Part shown: positions 1 through 11,400 of the stretch, piece by piece
How positions within the stretch are numbered: position 1 is the first letter of the stretch
Layout of the letters: each line of letters opens with the position of its first letter
From: an uncultured delta proteobacterium
Lineage (GTDB): Bacteria > Myxococcota_A > Polyangia > Fen-1088
Length of the DNA: 64,000 bases
Direction: 5' to 3'
Assembly (NCBI GenBank): GCA_963796685.1
Contig: CAWCMR010000010.1
Span: 128,001-192,000, forward strand
The notes under the pieces: generated by a model
Seen by the model: the letters and a program-made list of their open reading frames with translations, nothing else
Told to the model about the DNA's origin: nothing
Databases searched by the model: none
Translations under genes and position numbers: made by a program

Positions 1-1
1 C

Positions 2-70
2 ATGGCCACGCACGACACCGCCCTGGCGACAGCGGCACGCTCCCTCGGCATGCCCGTCGTCGGCGACTAG
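2..70 (+). CDS. 3' end of probable PIN-domain (VapC-like) toxin, truncated by the window edge
   Basis: Translates MATHDTALATAARSLGMPVVGD*, matching the typical PIN C-terminal T-x-D-x-x-L-x-x-A-A-x-x-x-G pattern. Confidence 0.5.
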   Translation: MATHDTALATAARSLGMPVVGD

Positions 71-91
71 CGAGGTACCCGGGGCCATAGG

Positions 92-113
92 GAGCGTAGT
101 TGTTTTAAGCGCC
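92..113 (-). other. putative oriIS end of IS91 copy 1
   Basis: Minus strand reads GGCGCTTAAAACAACTACGCTC; homologous to 24886-24907 and similar to the IS91/ISCR oriIS motif. Confidence 0.55.
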
Positions 114-125
114 TCTCTTTCCTAA

Positions 126-153
126 ATGTCCGGTAAGAAGCATTACGTTAACT
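126..153 (+). other. XerC/XerD dif-like recombination site
   Basis: ATGTCCGGTAA-GAAGCA-TTACGTTAACT has the 11-6-11 layout; the right arm resembles the XerD arm TTATGTTAAAT. Confidence 0.6.
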
Positions 154-280
154 ACAAAGACCCACACGTCAGCCTCCTCGATCTATCCCTGTACCCCGGT
201 GGGAAAACAAGCCCATTTTTGCGGTGGTCGCCGCCATGGATATGGCCTATCCCGGGCCCTGCTTTCGGGGGCCCACTTCG

Positions 281-697
281 TCACCACTCGGGGCTGGGCG
301 GGTCAGCGTAGTCGACCTCGGCGAGGTCGGACGTGCCCGAAAGCTCCGCCTGTGGCGGGGGGCGCGCAGCGGTGCGGAGCGGGGCTTGGCTGGGGATTCC
401 GAGGTGGTCCAGAATCTTGCGTATCGCTTCTGGCTTTGTGATCGCGGCCAGGATCTTCATGCGCCCATGGCACTTTGGGCATGTCAGCGCGTCTGTCATG
501 AACACGCGTTTCAGAAGGAGGGCCCAAGGCAGTCGACTGACTCTTGGTATCTTGGTGATGTCGATGTCGCTGGATTCGCCGGTGCCCGCCTTGTCGGTGG
601 CTACCGAATCGGCGCCCGCCGCATCTGGCGTGGACGGCGCTGGGGGTGTCGGCACCACCTTGGCGCGGTCCTTCGCCGCAGGACCGAAGATCCCGTG
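281..697 (-). pseudogene. IS91-family transposase C-terminal fragment
   Basis: HGIFGPAAKDRA...WALLLKRVF..DALTCPKCHGRMKILAAI..PEAIRKILDHLG, the typical IS91/ISCR C-terminus. Confidence 0.85.
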
Positions 698-1047
698 TTA
701 TGCGGAGCGCTCGATTATGCGGAGTTCAACCGTCCCCAAGTCCCGAGGCTCGCGTGTCCTGCGGACTGGACCGTCGCTGACTCCGCATAATATCAAGCCG
801 ACGTCACCCAGGAGCGGAGGTCAGCGGTGTCTTGCTGGGCATCAGCGATGCGATGAGACGGTCCGGCGGCCGGAAGCGCCCGGGGCGTAGTCGGAGGGGC
901 ACGATGGACTCGATAGCCTCGATCTTCTCGGTCGGATCGGCCTGCAGGTAGATCTCGGTGGTCGACTGGCTCGTGTGTCCGAGCCAGAGCGACACCTTGC
1001 GGAGATCCCCGGTGGCCCGGAGCGTGTCCAACGCGCATGTGTGCCGC
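698..1047 (-). mobile_element. RIT-B element remnant (ritC end only)
   Basis: Terminal repeats TTATGCGGAG(C/T) at 698 and 715 and an inverted copy at 780-790; essentially identical to 16497-16846. Confidence 0.85.
804..1047 (-). pseudogene. C-terminal fragment of RIT-B RitC tyrosine recombinase
   Basis: RHTCALDTLRATGDLRKVSLWLGH...TTEIY carries the tyrosine recombinase LGH and catalytic Tyr motifs. Confidence 0.85.
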
Positions 1048-1067
1048 TTATGCCGTGCTCGGCATAA
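1048..1067. repeat. 20-bp near-palindromic linker of RIT-A, between cores TGCCGC (1042-1047) and GCGGCA (1068-1073)
   Basis: TTATGCCGTGCTCGGCATAA is the exact reverse complement of 16847-16866. Confidence 0.9.
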
Positions 1068-1166
1068 GCGGCATTATGCCGAGTCCCCGGTTATGCCGAG
1101 TTGCCCGCCATTGCATGCAGGAATCACGGGGACTTCGGGTTCGCTTACGTGCGCGACTCGGCATAA

Positions 1167-2165
1167 TCAAAGGCTCTGTAGGAAGGCGAGGAGCTTGTCG
1201 TCGGGGTGGAAGCGAGCAGGTCGCGCTGCCGAGGGTGCTGTCTTGGCCAGCGCCCGCTCTTTGAGCTGGAGACTGGCAGCGAAGTAGATCTGCGTGGTCT
1301 CGACCGACTCGTGACCAAGCCAGAGCGCGATCACCGAGCTGTCGACACCGGCTTGAAGGAGATCCATTGCCGTCGAGTGGCGCAGCACGTGCGGAGACAC
1401 ATGCTTCTCCCTCAGCGAGGGGCAGCGGATCCGAGCGACCTGCACGTGTTTCGCGAGCAGGTACTCGACGCCGTCGCGACTGAGGAAACCGCCCCGCGCG
1501 TTGGGGAAGAGGGGCTCGGTCCCGGTGGCGGCACGTTCGCGCAGCCACGCCCGGAGGACCGAGACGGCCTCTTTGCGCAGGGGCGTGCAACGTTCCTTGC
1601 GGCCCTTGCCGAGGCAGTGAACGTACGCGCCGGGTCCGAGGACCACGTCCTGCACGTTGAGCGCGGCCAGCTCGGATACGCGCAGCCCGGTCTGAACGGC
1701 CACAAGGAGCATGGCGCGATCGCGCCGGCCGGACCATGTGGCCTTGTCGGGAGCTTCGAGGAGTGCGTCGATCTCGGGCCGGGACAGGAAGTGGACGAGC
1801 TCGCGATCGTATTTCTTGCCCTGCATGGCCAGAACCCTCTGGATGACGGCGCTGTAGTCGGGCGCCTGGAGGGCGGCGTACTGGAAGAAGGAGTGGATCG
1901 CCGCGAGCCTGGCGTTGCGGGTGCGCGGAGAGTTGCCGCGGTCCTTCTCGATGTGATCCAGGAACGCGCCAATCGTTGGTGTGTCGAGGTCGTCCAGTGC
2001 GAGCGCCGAGGGAGTCTTCTTCAGGTGCTGCTTCGTGAAGGCCAGCAGTAGGCGGAAGGTATCGCGATAGCTCTGCACTGTATGTGGACTTGCTTGACGC
2101 TGGCGCAGGAGATGGTCCACGAAGAAGGACTCAAGCAGCGCAGGGAATCCGTGGGAGGGCTTCAC
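1167..2165 (-). CDS. RIT tyrosine recombinase RitC
   Basis: TGLRVSEL, GKGRKER, HVLRHS, LGH and TTQIY motifs. Confidence 0.9.
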   Translation of the reverse strand: MKPSHGFPALLESFFVDHLLRQRQASPHTVQSYRDTFRLLLAFTKQHLKKTPSALALDDLDTPTIGAFLDHIEKDRGNSPRTRNARLAAIHSFFQYAALQAPDYSAVIQRVLAMQGKKYDRELVHFLSRPEIDALLEAPDKATWSGRRDRAMLLVAVQTGLRVSELAALNVQDVVLGPGAYVHCLGKGRKERCTPLRKEAVSVLRAWLRERAATGTEPLFPNARGGFLSRDGVEYLLAKHVQVARIRCPSLREKHVSPHVLRHSTAMDLLQAGVDSSVIALWLGHESVETTQIYFAASLQLKERALAKTAPSAARPARFHPDDKLLAFLQSL

Positions 2166-3097
2166 GGCGACGTCCTATCTCGCTCCAGGAGCGACATGGC
2201 GAGGCTCATCAACTCGGGCACTGCGGTCAGGTACCAGTAGGTATCACTGACGTGGGTGTGCCCGAGGTAGGTCGACAGCTGCGGCAGGTGCCGCTCCACA
2301 TCGACTCCTGCCCGGTACCAGCGCAGCATGGTGTCCACGGCCCACCGATGCCGAAGGTCATGCAGACGCGGCCCATGACCGTGACGACCTTCAGGACCAC
2401 GAAGCCCAATCCGGCGAGACAGATGGACGAAGGTGTCTTCTGCAGTGTTCTTCACCACCCGGGCACCTGTCTCGCCGACGAAGAAGCTTCTCGTCCGTGG
2501 TGTTGGATGAACGCGATCACGGAAGCGTGCGTACCGGCAAAGTGCCAGTTTCGTCGATCGATGAATGGGCACCAGCCGGGTCTTCCCGAATTTGGTCCGG
2601 CGGATTGTCAGGATCCCGCCTTCGAGGTCAACATCCTCGCGGTCGAGAGCGATCGCCTCGCTGATCCTCAGACCGGCCACGGTGAGCAGGCCAAGCAGCG
2701 TGACGTAGGTCTGAGCACGAAGCCCCGTCTGCGATGGGAGCCGTGCCGCCGCATCCATCAGCCGCATGATCTCGTCCTCGCTGTATATGTAGGGGCGCTT
2801 GCGTTGATACCGAGCCCGGAGGAGCCCGAGGGCAGGGACCTCGGTGCGAGAATCGGTGGCGCGCCAATACTGTGCAAAGAGCCGGACCGCCGATAGCCGG
2901 CTGGCCCAATACACGGGCTGGGTCTTGGTCGGCCGCACGGCCCATTCGACGACCAGATCGTTGGTAATGAACGGAGCCTTCCGCTGCTCCATGAAGGACA
3001 CAAATTGCAGCAGTAACCGCCCCGAGCGGTCGAGCTTGTAGCCCAGACGGCGTCGCAGCGACAGGTACTCCTCGGCGCCCTCGCGGAGCGTATTCAT
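2162..3097 (-). CDS. RIT tyrosine recombinase RitB
   Basis: MNTLREGAEEYLSLRRRLGYKL...GLRISEA...TKFGKTR...HDLRH...YLGH..VSDTYWY; 4-bp overlaps with both neighbours. Confidence 0.9.
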   Translation of the reverse strand: MNTLREGAEEYLSLRRRLGYKLDRSGRLLLQFVSFMEQRKAPFITNDLVVEWAVRPTKTQPVYWASRLSAVRLFAQYWRATDSRTEVPALGLLRARYQRKRPYIYSEDEIMRLMDAAARLPSQTGLRAQTYVTLLGLLTVAGLRISEAIALDREDVDLEGGILTIRRTKFGKTRLVPIHRSTKLALCRYARFRDRVHPTPRTRSFFVGETGARVVKNTAEDTFVHLSRRIGLRGPEGRHGHGPRLHDLRHRWAVDTMLRWYRAGVDVERHLPQLSTYLGHTHVSDTYWYLTAVPELMSLAMSLLERDRTSP

Positions 3098-4325
3098 CGC
3101 CTGCCTCCTGGCCATGCAGGAGCGAGCGCACGTAGCGCATGGAAGTCTACCTTCGCGTAAATCGTCGTCGTATCGGCTCGACGGTGTCGCAGGACCTGCC
3201 CGATCTCGGTAAGGGTCGCTCCTCGGCGCAGCATCGAGCAGGCGAGCGCATGGCGGAGGATGTGCCCGCCTTTGCGTGGTGGGTCCAGTTCGGCGCGTTC
3301 CAGCGCTCGCTTCACGATCGTACAGACCGCGCCCGTGGTTGCGAAGCCACGCCGCGGCGCTCTCGCGCGGACGAAGACTCTCCGGCACGAGCATGCTGGG
3401 CGGCCATGGCGCAAGTACCGGGCGACGGCCTTGCCGACATCGGACGGCAACGGGAGGACGTCTTGCCGCCCACCCTTGCCGTGGACCCGCAACGTGCCTG
3501 CGGCCCAGTCGAAGTCTGCCAGATCCAGGCTCACGACTTCTCCACCGCGGAGGCCGAGTCGTGCCATCAGCATAATGACCGCGTGGTCGCGCAGGCCGGC
3601 TTCGGAGTTTCTTCGTCGACAGCGGCGCAACAGATGCTCGACGTCGCGCGCGGGGATCGATTTCGGCACCGTTGAGAAACGCCAGCAGGCGACCGCGGGA
3701 ACCGTGGCCGCGAGGTCTGCAGCCAGGGCTCTTTTCACGTGCACCCACCGCAGAAAACCGCGTAGGGCGGTAACCATCAGAGCGGCTCTCTTTGGATGGA
3801 CCACGTGAACATGCCGGACCAGAAATTCACCCGCATCCTGGGGCCCGAGCGCATTGAGGTGCACCTCCTGCCGTCGAACCGCTCCAGGAGGAACGAGCGG
3901 ACAATGGGCAGGTAGTTGATCTGAGTCAAGACGGACAAGCCGCGGTCCACCAACAGATACCGGCCGAACTCACTCACGATCCGCCCGATCGCAGTGTCAT
4001 CGACCTTGACGGGCGCTGGCGGCGCAAGACCGGCGGAACGGACCCGTTCAAGGACATCACGCAATGTCGCTGCGTCTCCACGCCGGGGTACGCAGGGATG
4101 GCGCCGGACAAAGCGGGCTACGGCCTGCTCGTCGACCTCCTCGACAGTCAGTCCTCGCCGTCCAAGCCAGTCTCCGAACTTCGCTGCCAGGCGCACCTTG
4201 CACGCCACGGTCGCAGGCGGATATCCCCTCTCAGTGAGCGTTTTTGCAAACGTGTCGAGGTGCGGACCCAAGGGGCCAGCGCGCAGTCGTTGCCATTTCA
4301 GAAAATCGTCGTGCATCCGGGGCAT
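3094..4325 (-). CDS. RIT tyrosine recombinase RitA (1-bp frameshift near 3866, possibly an assembly error)
   Basis: Two ORFs that join into the intact 410-aa protein seen at 17014-18246. Confidence 0.85.
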
Positions 4326-5557
4326 GTGTCCTCCTTCGGCCCGGTGGCCAGAAGGAGACGACGACGCCCTGGTTATGCCGAGTCCGCAAGCCCACCTGCC
4401 GAGGAAATCGCCGTTGATCGCGCCAGATCGAGAGGCTCACTCGGCATAACCGGGGACTCGGCATAATGGCGCAAGACGTGGGCGCCTTTGAATGGAAAGG
4501 TCAGCCGCGCACGCGTGAAGGCCAGTCGGACAGCGGCTGTCACAGCCGAGGAGCTGAGCGGCTGGCCCACCGGCAGCTGGTGCCGGACGAACATGTGACG
4601 ATCGTCGGTGTGCGGCCGGCCGCGGCGTAGGTAGTCAACCAGTGCGCGCCCCACCGGTGCGGGCAGCGGCAGGACACTGGCCCGCCGCTCCTTTCCGCGA
4701 CCGACTCGCAAGGTGCCCGCCCGCCAATCCACGTCATCGAGCAACAGCGCAGCGACTTCGCCGGCCCGCAAGCCAAGCCCAGCCATGCACGAAACCATCG
4801 CGTAGTCCCGCCGTCCAGTCGCCGCGGTCAAGTCGAACGACGCAAGCAAGGCGGCGAGTTGCTCGTCGGACAGACCTCGGGGAAGATTCCCTCGGCGCCA
4901 ATGCGCCACCTTGGGAACAGCGGCTGCCAGTGTCCCTTCGCACAGGCCAGCGACTTGCGCAAATCGAAGGAAGCTACGCAACGCCGTTCGGACAAGCCCC
5001 GCCGCGCCCGGCGAGTACTTTCTGGTCTGCTCCGACACGAAGCCAATCAATTCCTTGGGCCCAAGCCGGCGCAGATCGATCTCGCCAGTCCCGTAGAGGG
5101 AAACCAGAAACCGACGAACGTGCAAGACGTTGCCCTGGCTGGTGGCATCGGTCACTCCGCACGTGTTTTGTCGGTAGGTCCTGAAGGACTCGAGCATACG
5201 GTCCACAGGCGTCTGCACTGGCCGCTGTGGGGGGGTGGCTACGCCCTGTGCGCGCAGCACGGCCAACACGTGGTCCAGTGCCGCCCGCATGTGACAACGC
5301 AACCCGTGTGGCACCCGACACTTGCATCGCGGGAGGTGCCCTTCCAGGAACGACGCTAGGGTAACTTCCCCCACCGCGTTCGGGCTGATCCTTTTGAGAT
5401 CTAACCAATGGGAGAAGTGGCCGGCTGCGCACAGGTACGATTGCCCGACTCTCGGTGTATGACCGCGCTTCTCCAAATGCGCAGCGACATCGTCAAGGAT
5501 CCCGCCCAGCGCTCCGCCGCGAAGGCGAGCCAGCACATAGTCATAGGTGAAAAACTT

Positions 5558-6968
5558 GGCTCTCCTGACATCTTCGTAAAGGGAGATCTCGTAGGTGCGA
5601 CGCACGTCGCCGACGGAGATGTGGGCGGCATGAGTTCCGGGTGAGGTGGAGACGAAGTGCGCACGGGCACCTGGGGTATCGTGTGGCTTGTCTGGAACCC
5701 ACAAGCCCAGGAGCCCATGCGCGCAACCACCCTATTCCGAAACCTACTCCAATTTCCACATACCCGTGTCCTGGCGGTCGAATTCGATCTGCTTGGCATA
5801 TTGGTGCACGTGGCGCCAACGACGACCGTTCCCTACTGTTCAGGCTGCGGATGTCGGGTCCATGACGTGTTCGATGCTCGGGCTCGGAACTGGCGGCATC
5901 TGGACGCGTGCGGGATGGAGGTTCTTCTGCGCTACACCCTGCGCAGGGTTGACTGTCCTCGGTGCGGCGTGGTCATCGAGATGGTCCCTTGGGCCGAGCC
6001 GAAGGTCGGCTTCACGCGTGACTTCGAGGACCATGTGGCCTATCTGGCCCAACAAGCAAGCCAGACGATGGTGGCCGAAACCATGCGCATCGCGTGGCGC
6101 ACCGTCGGCGCCATCATCCAGCGGGTGGTGCCGCGGCACCGAGATCCTAGCCTTCTCCTCGAGGACCTCGAACACATCGGCGTCGACGAGTTGTCGTACC
6201 GGCGGCACCATGAGTACGTCACCGTCGTTGTCGACCACGTCTCGCAGCGGGTCGTCTGGGCACACGAGGGCAAGAACGCTGCGACGCTCGGCTGCTTCTT
6301 CGACGCTCTCGGCCCGGAACGAACCAGCAAGCTCAAGACCGTCACCATCGACATGTCCGCGGCCTACATCGACGCGGTCACCTCGCGAGCGCCACAAGCG
6401 CAGATCGTCTTCGACCGCTTCCACGTTCAGAGACTCGTGCAGGAAGCACTCGACGAGCTCCGGCGTGCGGAGGTCCGACTCCTGGAGGACACCGACGAAC
6501 GCGGGCAACTGAAGAAGACCAAGTACCTTCTGCTCAAGAATCCGTGGAACCTATCCAGGGCCGAGTCTGAGAGGCTTTCGACCCTCCCGAAGACCAATGC
6601 CCGACTCTATCGCGGCTACCTGCTCAAGATCGCCATCTGCGACATCCTCGGTCGTCGCCAGGTCAACGTCGTCAAACAGAAGCTCGAAGAATGGATCAGT
6701 TGGGCCAGGCGATCCAGACTACCTTCCTTCAAGAAGGTCGCCGCGACCATCAAGAAATACCTGGACGGCATCGTGGCCATTGTCGCCACAGGGCTCAATA
6801 ACGGAAGAACCGAGGGCCTTAATGGCAAGATCAGGGTCATCACCCGCAGGGCCTATGGCTTCCACAACGCTCAAGCCCTCATTGGCTTCATCTTCCTCTG
6901 CTGCTCAGGCGTTGTCCTTCATCCCGTCTTCAAGGTGCCCGCGCTTCCATGAAGATGTCAGGAGAGCC
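5558..6968 (+). mobile_element. ISL3-family insertion sequence
   Basis: IRs GGCTCTCCTGACATCTTC / GAAGATGTCAGGAGAGCC; target duplication AAAAACTT / AAAAACTG. Confidence 0.92.
5717..6952 (+). CDS. ISL3-family transposase
   Basis: Zn finger CSGCG...CPRCG, IGVDE, TIDMS, FDRFHV, NGRTEGLNGKIRVITRRAYGF. Confidence 0.92.
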   Translation: MRATTLFRNLLQFPHTRVLAVEFDLLGILVHVAPTTTVPYCSGCGCRVHDVFDARARNWRHLDACGMEVLLRYTLRRVDCPRCGVVIEMVPWAEPKVGFTRDFEDHVAYLAQQASQTMVAETMRIAWRTVGAIIQRVVPRHRDPSLLLEDLEHIGVDELSYRRHHEYVTVVVDHVSQRVVWAHEGKNAATLGCFFDALGPERTSKLKTVTIDMSAAYIDAVTSRAPQAQIVFDRFHVQRLVQEALDELRRAEVRLLEDTDERGQLKKTKYLLLKNPWNLSRAESERLSTLPKTNARLYRGYLLKIAICDILGRRQVNVVKQKLEEWISWARRSRLPSFKKVAATIKKYLDGIVAIVATGLNNGRTEGLNGKIRVITRRAYGFHNAQALIGFIFLCCSGVVLHPVFKVPALP

Positions 6969-7106
6969 AAAAACTGCTCCAGCATGAGTGCTCCTTCCTG
7001 GCCAACAGGCCATCAAGAGCGCCCAAGACTATGCTGACAAACAGAACCCACCAATTCGAGCGACCCACCGGGAAATCCAGCACAGATCGCGTGCGGGTCA
7101 CGAGCA

Positions 7107-7166
7107 ACTCAGCATAATCCGAAACTCAGCATAGGACGGTCTATGCTGAGTTCAGCATAGTCCATC
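7107..7166. repeat. RIT-C terminal repeat, core GACGGT, 20-bp linker CTATGCTGAGTTCAGCATAG and core TCCATC
   Basis: ACTCAGCATAA-N6-ACTCAGCATAG (7107/8-7134), core 7135-7140, palindrome 7141-7160, core 7161-7166. Confidence 0.85.
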
Positions 7167-7757
7167 CATCACGATGACGTGGAAGTGAACATTCAGATTC
7201 AGCGACGACCCGAACCGTTGCACGACGGTGAGGCTTCCGGTCTGCAGTCGGCCTCGAAGCTTGCGCATGCGTGCGCGGCGGCGGAGGTCGGAGTTGATGG
7301 CGCTGATGAATGCACCTAAAACCACGCTCGTGGCGTCGGGTGAATAGGCCATTTTGAAGCGCAAGGCATAGGGTAGCGAGAGCACATATTGCCGAGCAGG
7401 CACCTGGGGAAAAAGGTAATCTACGCAGAAAGCTGCCGTGTCTGCCATGCGGCGGCCAAGACAGCTCGGGCAAAATCCACGCCGCTTACACGCGAACGCC
7501 ACGACTCTGCTGTGCCCACAGTCTTTGCATCGGACGCGAAGAAGGCCGTGCACGAGGATGCCACAACGAAGGTAAGCCTCGATCTCGTCAAGCACGAAGG
7601 CGGGCAGCTCGCCGCCTCCTGATTCCAGATCTGCCAGGAACGTCGCCCAGTGTTCCTGTATCGTTCGATAAAGCAAAGTCGCTTCGAAGCTATGCCGCTC
7701 ATACGAGCCCGCGGGCGCGTGGGTGTGACAGCTTGCTGCTGGTTGCGTGGAAAGCAC
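7161..7757 (-). pseudogene. IS91-family transposase N-terminal fragment
   Basis: Zn-binding region YLRCG...CKDC...ACKRRGFCPSC and HUH motif NVHFHVIVMDG, where it is cut. Confidence 0.9.
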
Positions 7758-7860
7758 CAGCGGAAGTTCTCGGCAACACGGAGATACTTGTTGCTAGCGG
7801 AACGGGCCGACGACGAGACCTGTCAGGCCGACAGGAAGTGATGGATGCGACCTCGCCTAG

Positions 7861-8394
7861 GCCATAGGCGATTCGAAGAGGTCCTTTTTGAGCGTCGGAG
7901 AACCCTGCCGGACCGCATCGGCGCTGCCACGAGCACTTCTGCGTAGTGCGCTTGACCGGGTTTCTGGGGCCTGACGGGAGCTTTCTCAAGCACGCAGGGC
8001 AGTCTACTGCATCCCGCCCTTGTCGACGTGCCGTCAGTTCAGCCAGTCTCCGCCCTCGCCACCAGATTGCGAGGGAGGTGGTCGTGCGGGCCAGAGTTTT
8101 GGGGCGTCGGTGGGTAGCCTCATGGCAGACAGGATTTTCTGAGAAGCTGGCTCCAAGAAATGTAGTGCGAAAGTGGCAGTGAAGGCTTGTCCTTTTCCTC
8201 GGGTGTCGCCACGGCGGGGACGGGGACGACTTGGGAGGTGGGATGATCGCGGCCAGTCTGGCAATGAGGGCCAGCGGCGCAAGTTCGATCGACGAGGTGG
8301 CGCCAGACCAAGGCCGCTTGAGCTCCAGCCTCACGAGTTTGTCATCCAGGATCTTCAGCCGGGCGTCGTCGCGACCTCGACCTGTGCAACGCAC
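7861..8394 (-). pseudogene. third IS91-family remnant (degraded transposase C-terminus and possible oriIS)
   Basis: VRLELKRPWSGATSSIELAPLALIARLAAIIPPP, then ...KILSAMRLPTDAPKLWPARPPP; oriIS-like CTCTTCGAATCGCCTATGG near 7862-7880 (minus). Confidence 0.65.
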
Positions 8395-8483
8395 AAAGAG
8401 GCCCGGAGAATGAAGGCTTCTCCGGATCTCGATCCGAACCCTTCATTTCTCATCCGTCTCTGTGTTCTCTGTGTCCTCTGTGG

Positions 8484-11400
8484 TTAGAATCCGGAAATTG
8501 CTCGGGTTTCAAACCGTTCGGTGCTCCACAGCACCTTCCCGTCTTCCTCGCTCCCCGCCGCGCCTTCCTCGCCGGCATCCTCGTCGTCCTCGGACAGGCC
8601 GCTTTTGCGGATCAAATCGAGCAGATCGTCGCCGTCCAGGCGATCGGCGGCGTCGGCGCCATCAAGGATGCTGGCCGCGAGCTGGCGCTTTTCTTCGTGC
8701 AGGGACAGCACGGCCTCCTCGATGGTTCCGCGCGCGACCATGCGGATGACGGTGACGGGACGCTCCTGACCGATGCGGTGGGCGCGGTCGGTGGCCTGAT
8801 CTTCGACGGCGGGGTTCCACCAGGGATCCAGGTGGATGACATACGTGGCCGCGGTCAGGTTCAGGCCGGTGCCCCCCGCGCGCAACGAGAGCAGGAAGGC
8901 GTCGGCGGTCCCGGCCTGGAAGGCGCGCACGCGCTCTTCACGCTCCGCCGCTGGCGTGGAGCCGTCGAGGGTCAGGGTGCGCAGCCCGGCCTGGGTCAAG
9001 AGTGGCCGCGCCAGATCGAGGAAGCTGGTGAACTGGCTGAAGACCAGGGCGCGATGGCCCTCGTCGCGTAGCTCGCCGAGCAGCTCGACCAGCGCGGTCA
9101 GCTTGGCCGAGCCGGCGGTGGCTTCCTTGACCACCAGGCGCGGGTGGCAGCACAGAAGGCGCAGCCGGGTGAGCGCGGCCAGGATCTTGATCCGCTGTCG
9201 AGCGTCGTCTCCGATCGCCGCGGCCGCGCTCTTGGCCAAGCTCTCCAGAATCTCCACGCGCGCGGCCTCGTACAGACGGCGCTCGGCGGGGCCGAGCTCG
9301 ATGGTCTGGTTCATTTCGGTGCGCGAGGGCAGCTCGGGCGCGACCTCGGCCTTGGTCCGGCGCAAGAGAAATGGGCGCACCGCGCGCGCCAGGGCAGCCT
9401 GCCGTTTGCCGTCGTGGTGGCGCTCGATGGGCAAGGCAAAGCGCTCGCGGAAGCGCTCCCACGAGCCGAGCAGGCCGGGCGTGACCAGGCGGAAGATGGC
9501 CCACAGCTCGCCCAGGTGGTTCTCGATGGGCGTGCCGGTGAGGGCCACGCGAAAGTCCGCCTGCACGTCGCGGACCGCGCGGAACCTGTGCGTGAGCGCG
9601 TTCTTCACCGATTGCGCCTCGTCGATGATCAGGGTGGAAAACGCAATCGCACCCAGCGCCTCGGCATCGCGCACGGCAATCGCATAGCTGGTCATGAGGA
9701 GCACACCTTTGCCCAAATTCTCCAGCAGCGCCGCGCGGCCGGGGCCGCGGTAGATGCGCGGCGCAAGCCCGGGGGCGAACTTGGCGCATTCGGCGGCCCA
9801 GTTGGCGACCACCGAGGTGGGTGCGATGACCAGCGCCGGTCCCAGCTCGGCGCGATGCAAGAGCAGCGCCAGGGCCTGCACCGTCTTGCCGAGGCCCATG
9901 TCGTCGGCGAGGCACGCGCCCAGTCCCCAGCTCGGCCAGCCGCGCCAGCCACTCGAATCCGCCGATCTGATAGTGGCGCAGCGTCGCCTGCAGGCCATCG
10001 GGCAGCGCCGCCGTCTCCGTGCGCGCGGCCTCCAGCTTGCCGAGCACGGCGCGGAACGCGGGCACCATGTCGAGCTGGCTTCGATCCTCCACCAGCTCGG
10101 CCAGCACCGGCGCAGCCAGCAGGCCGAGCTCGATCGCACCCTGGTTGTCGAACACCACGTCGTCGAGCGCGGCCAGCCGCTCGCGCAGGTCGTCCTCCAG
10201 CGTGGCGAAGCGGTGTGCGTTCAGCCTCACGTAGCGCCGGCCCGCCCGCACCGCAGCCAGCAACTCGGACAGCGGTACACGCGAGCCGTCGAGCTCGATC
10301 CCGCCCTCGGCGCCGAACCAGTCGCGCCGCCGGTTCACCTGCACCTTCAGCGCCGCGGGCGAGACGTGGTCGACGCGGATCTCGCCCGCCGGCCACTCGA
10401 CCTCGGCCAGCTCGGGCACGCCGCGCAGCTTGCGCAGCACCTCGAGCGCGTCCCCGTCGTCGGGAAGATCCCAGCGCCAGGCGCCGTTGGCAGTGGCCTC
10501 GTCGAGGCCGAGCACCCGCACCAGGTGCGCCGCACGCTCGCGTTCGGCGCCGAGCGCGCGCAGGGCGTGCAGGTGACGCCCGTCGCGTGCGTGCAGCACC
10601 TCGGCCGTGCCTTCGCCGGGGTGAAAGATCGGACCACTCTCGATGGGCCGTACCGCCATGTCCAGCCGCACCCCGGCCTCGGGTAGGGGCTCCAAACGGC
10701 ACAGCGTCGTGGCGGGAGGCTCCACGCGCTCGCCGCGCACCGACTCGGGCAATTGTAGATTCGAGCGACCCCTGCAGCCGCGGCAGCCGGCCCACGAGCT
10801 CGGCCAGACCCTCGGCGGGCAGGTTGACCGGGAATCTGGCCATGGCGTTCAGCAGAGCGGTCGTTTCAGGCTCGAGCAGAGTCAGGAGACATCGGTTGTT
10901 CTTGGCGTCCAGCCACACCCCATGCCGACCGTCCGTGGCCGAGCTGAGCAGGGCGGCCGGTTCGATCTCGGCGTGCCCAAGCCCAAGCTTGAGGCGGAAG
11001 CCGCCTTCGACAGGTTCCACCTTGAGCGTGGGTCGCACCTTGCGCACCGAAATGGGCACTGTGCGCGCAGGATCCGCGAACACGCGCGACGAGCCGGCCA
11101 GTGCGGCGAGCGCTCGCCAGACCTGGCGCGGTGTCTGTTCGCGGGCCGGGTAATAGTACCCGCGGTTGTCGCGCGAATACATGAGCCCCTCGAATGCCTC
11201 CCGATCGGCGACATCGCGCAAGAGCTTCTCGTTGCGCTCGAGCACATCGAGCTTGACTCGCTGGCCGCGCCCCCAGGTTCCGCGCTTGCCCAGTCGCTGC
11301 AGGACGGGATGGATCGCCAAGCCGTGCTTGCTCGCCAACTCCCAGACCAGACGCTGGCCCTGGTCGACCGCGGCGGGCGCGGTCTTGCCCAATCCCGCAT

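Larger units (their letters stand above)
1074..4466 (-). mobile_element. RIT-A element, copy 1
   Basis: Three overlapping tyrosine recombinase genes bounded by the 28-bp IR TTATGCCGAGTCCCCGGTTATGCCGAGT; near-identical inverted copy at 16873-20266. Confidence 0.95.
4467..6985 (-). pseudogene. RIT-C RitA recombinase, interrupted by ISL3 near its start and cut by RIT-A at its LRH motif
   Basis: Removing the ISL3 restores MLEQFFTYDYVLARLR (ATG at 6985, RBS GAAGGAG); continues GLRAGEV, GKERR and ends at GAHVLRH. Confidence 0.85.
92..7830 (-). mobile_element. IS91-family rolling-circle element, copy 1, disrupted by nested RIT/ISL3 insertions
   Basis: Transposase N-terminus at 7757-7161 and C-terminus at 697-281 on the same strand; the leader (~7760-7830) and trailer (92-280) are homologous to those of copy 2. 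Confidence 0.8.

Noticed and set aside
1042-1101. CRISPR-like array from the repeated TTATGCCG units
   Set aside because: Units are 8-11-bp recombinase-type arms with 4-6-bp spacers, and there are no cas genes
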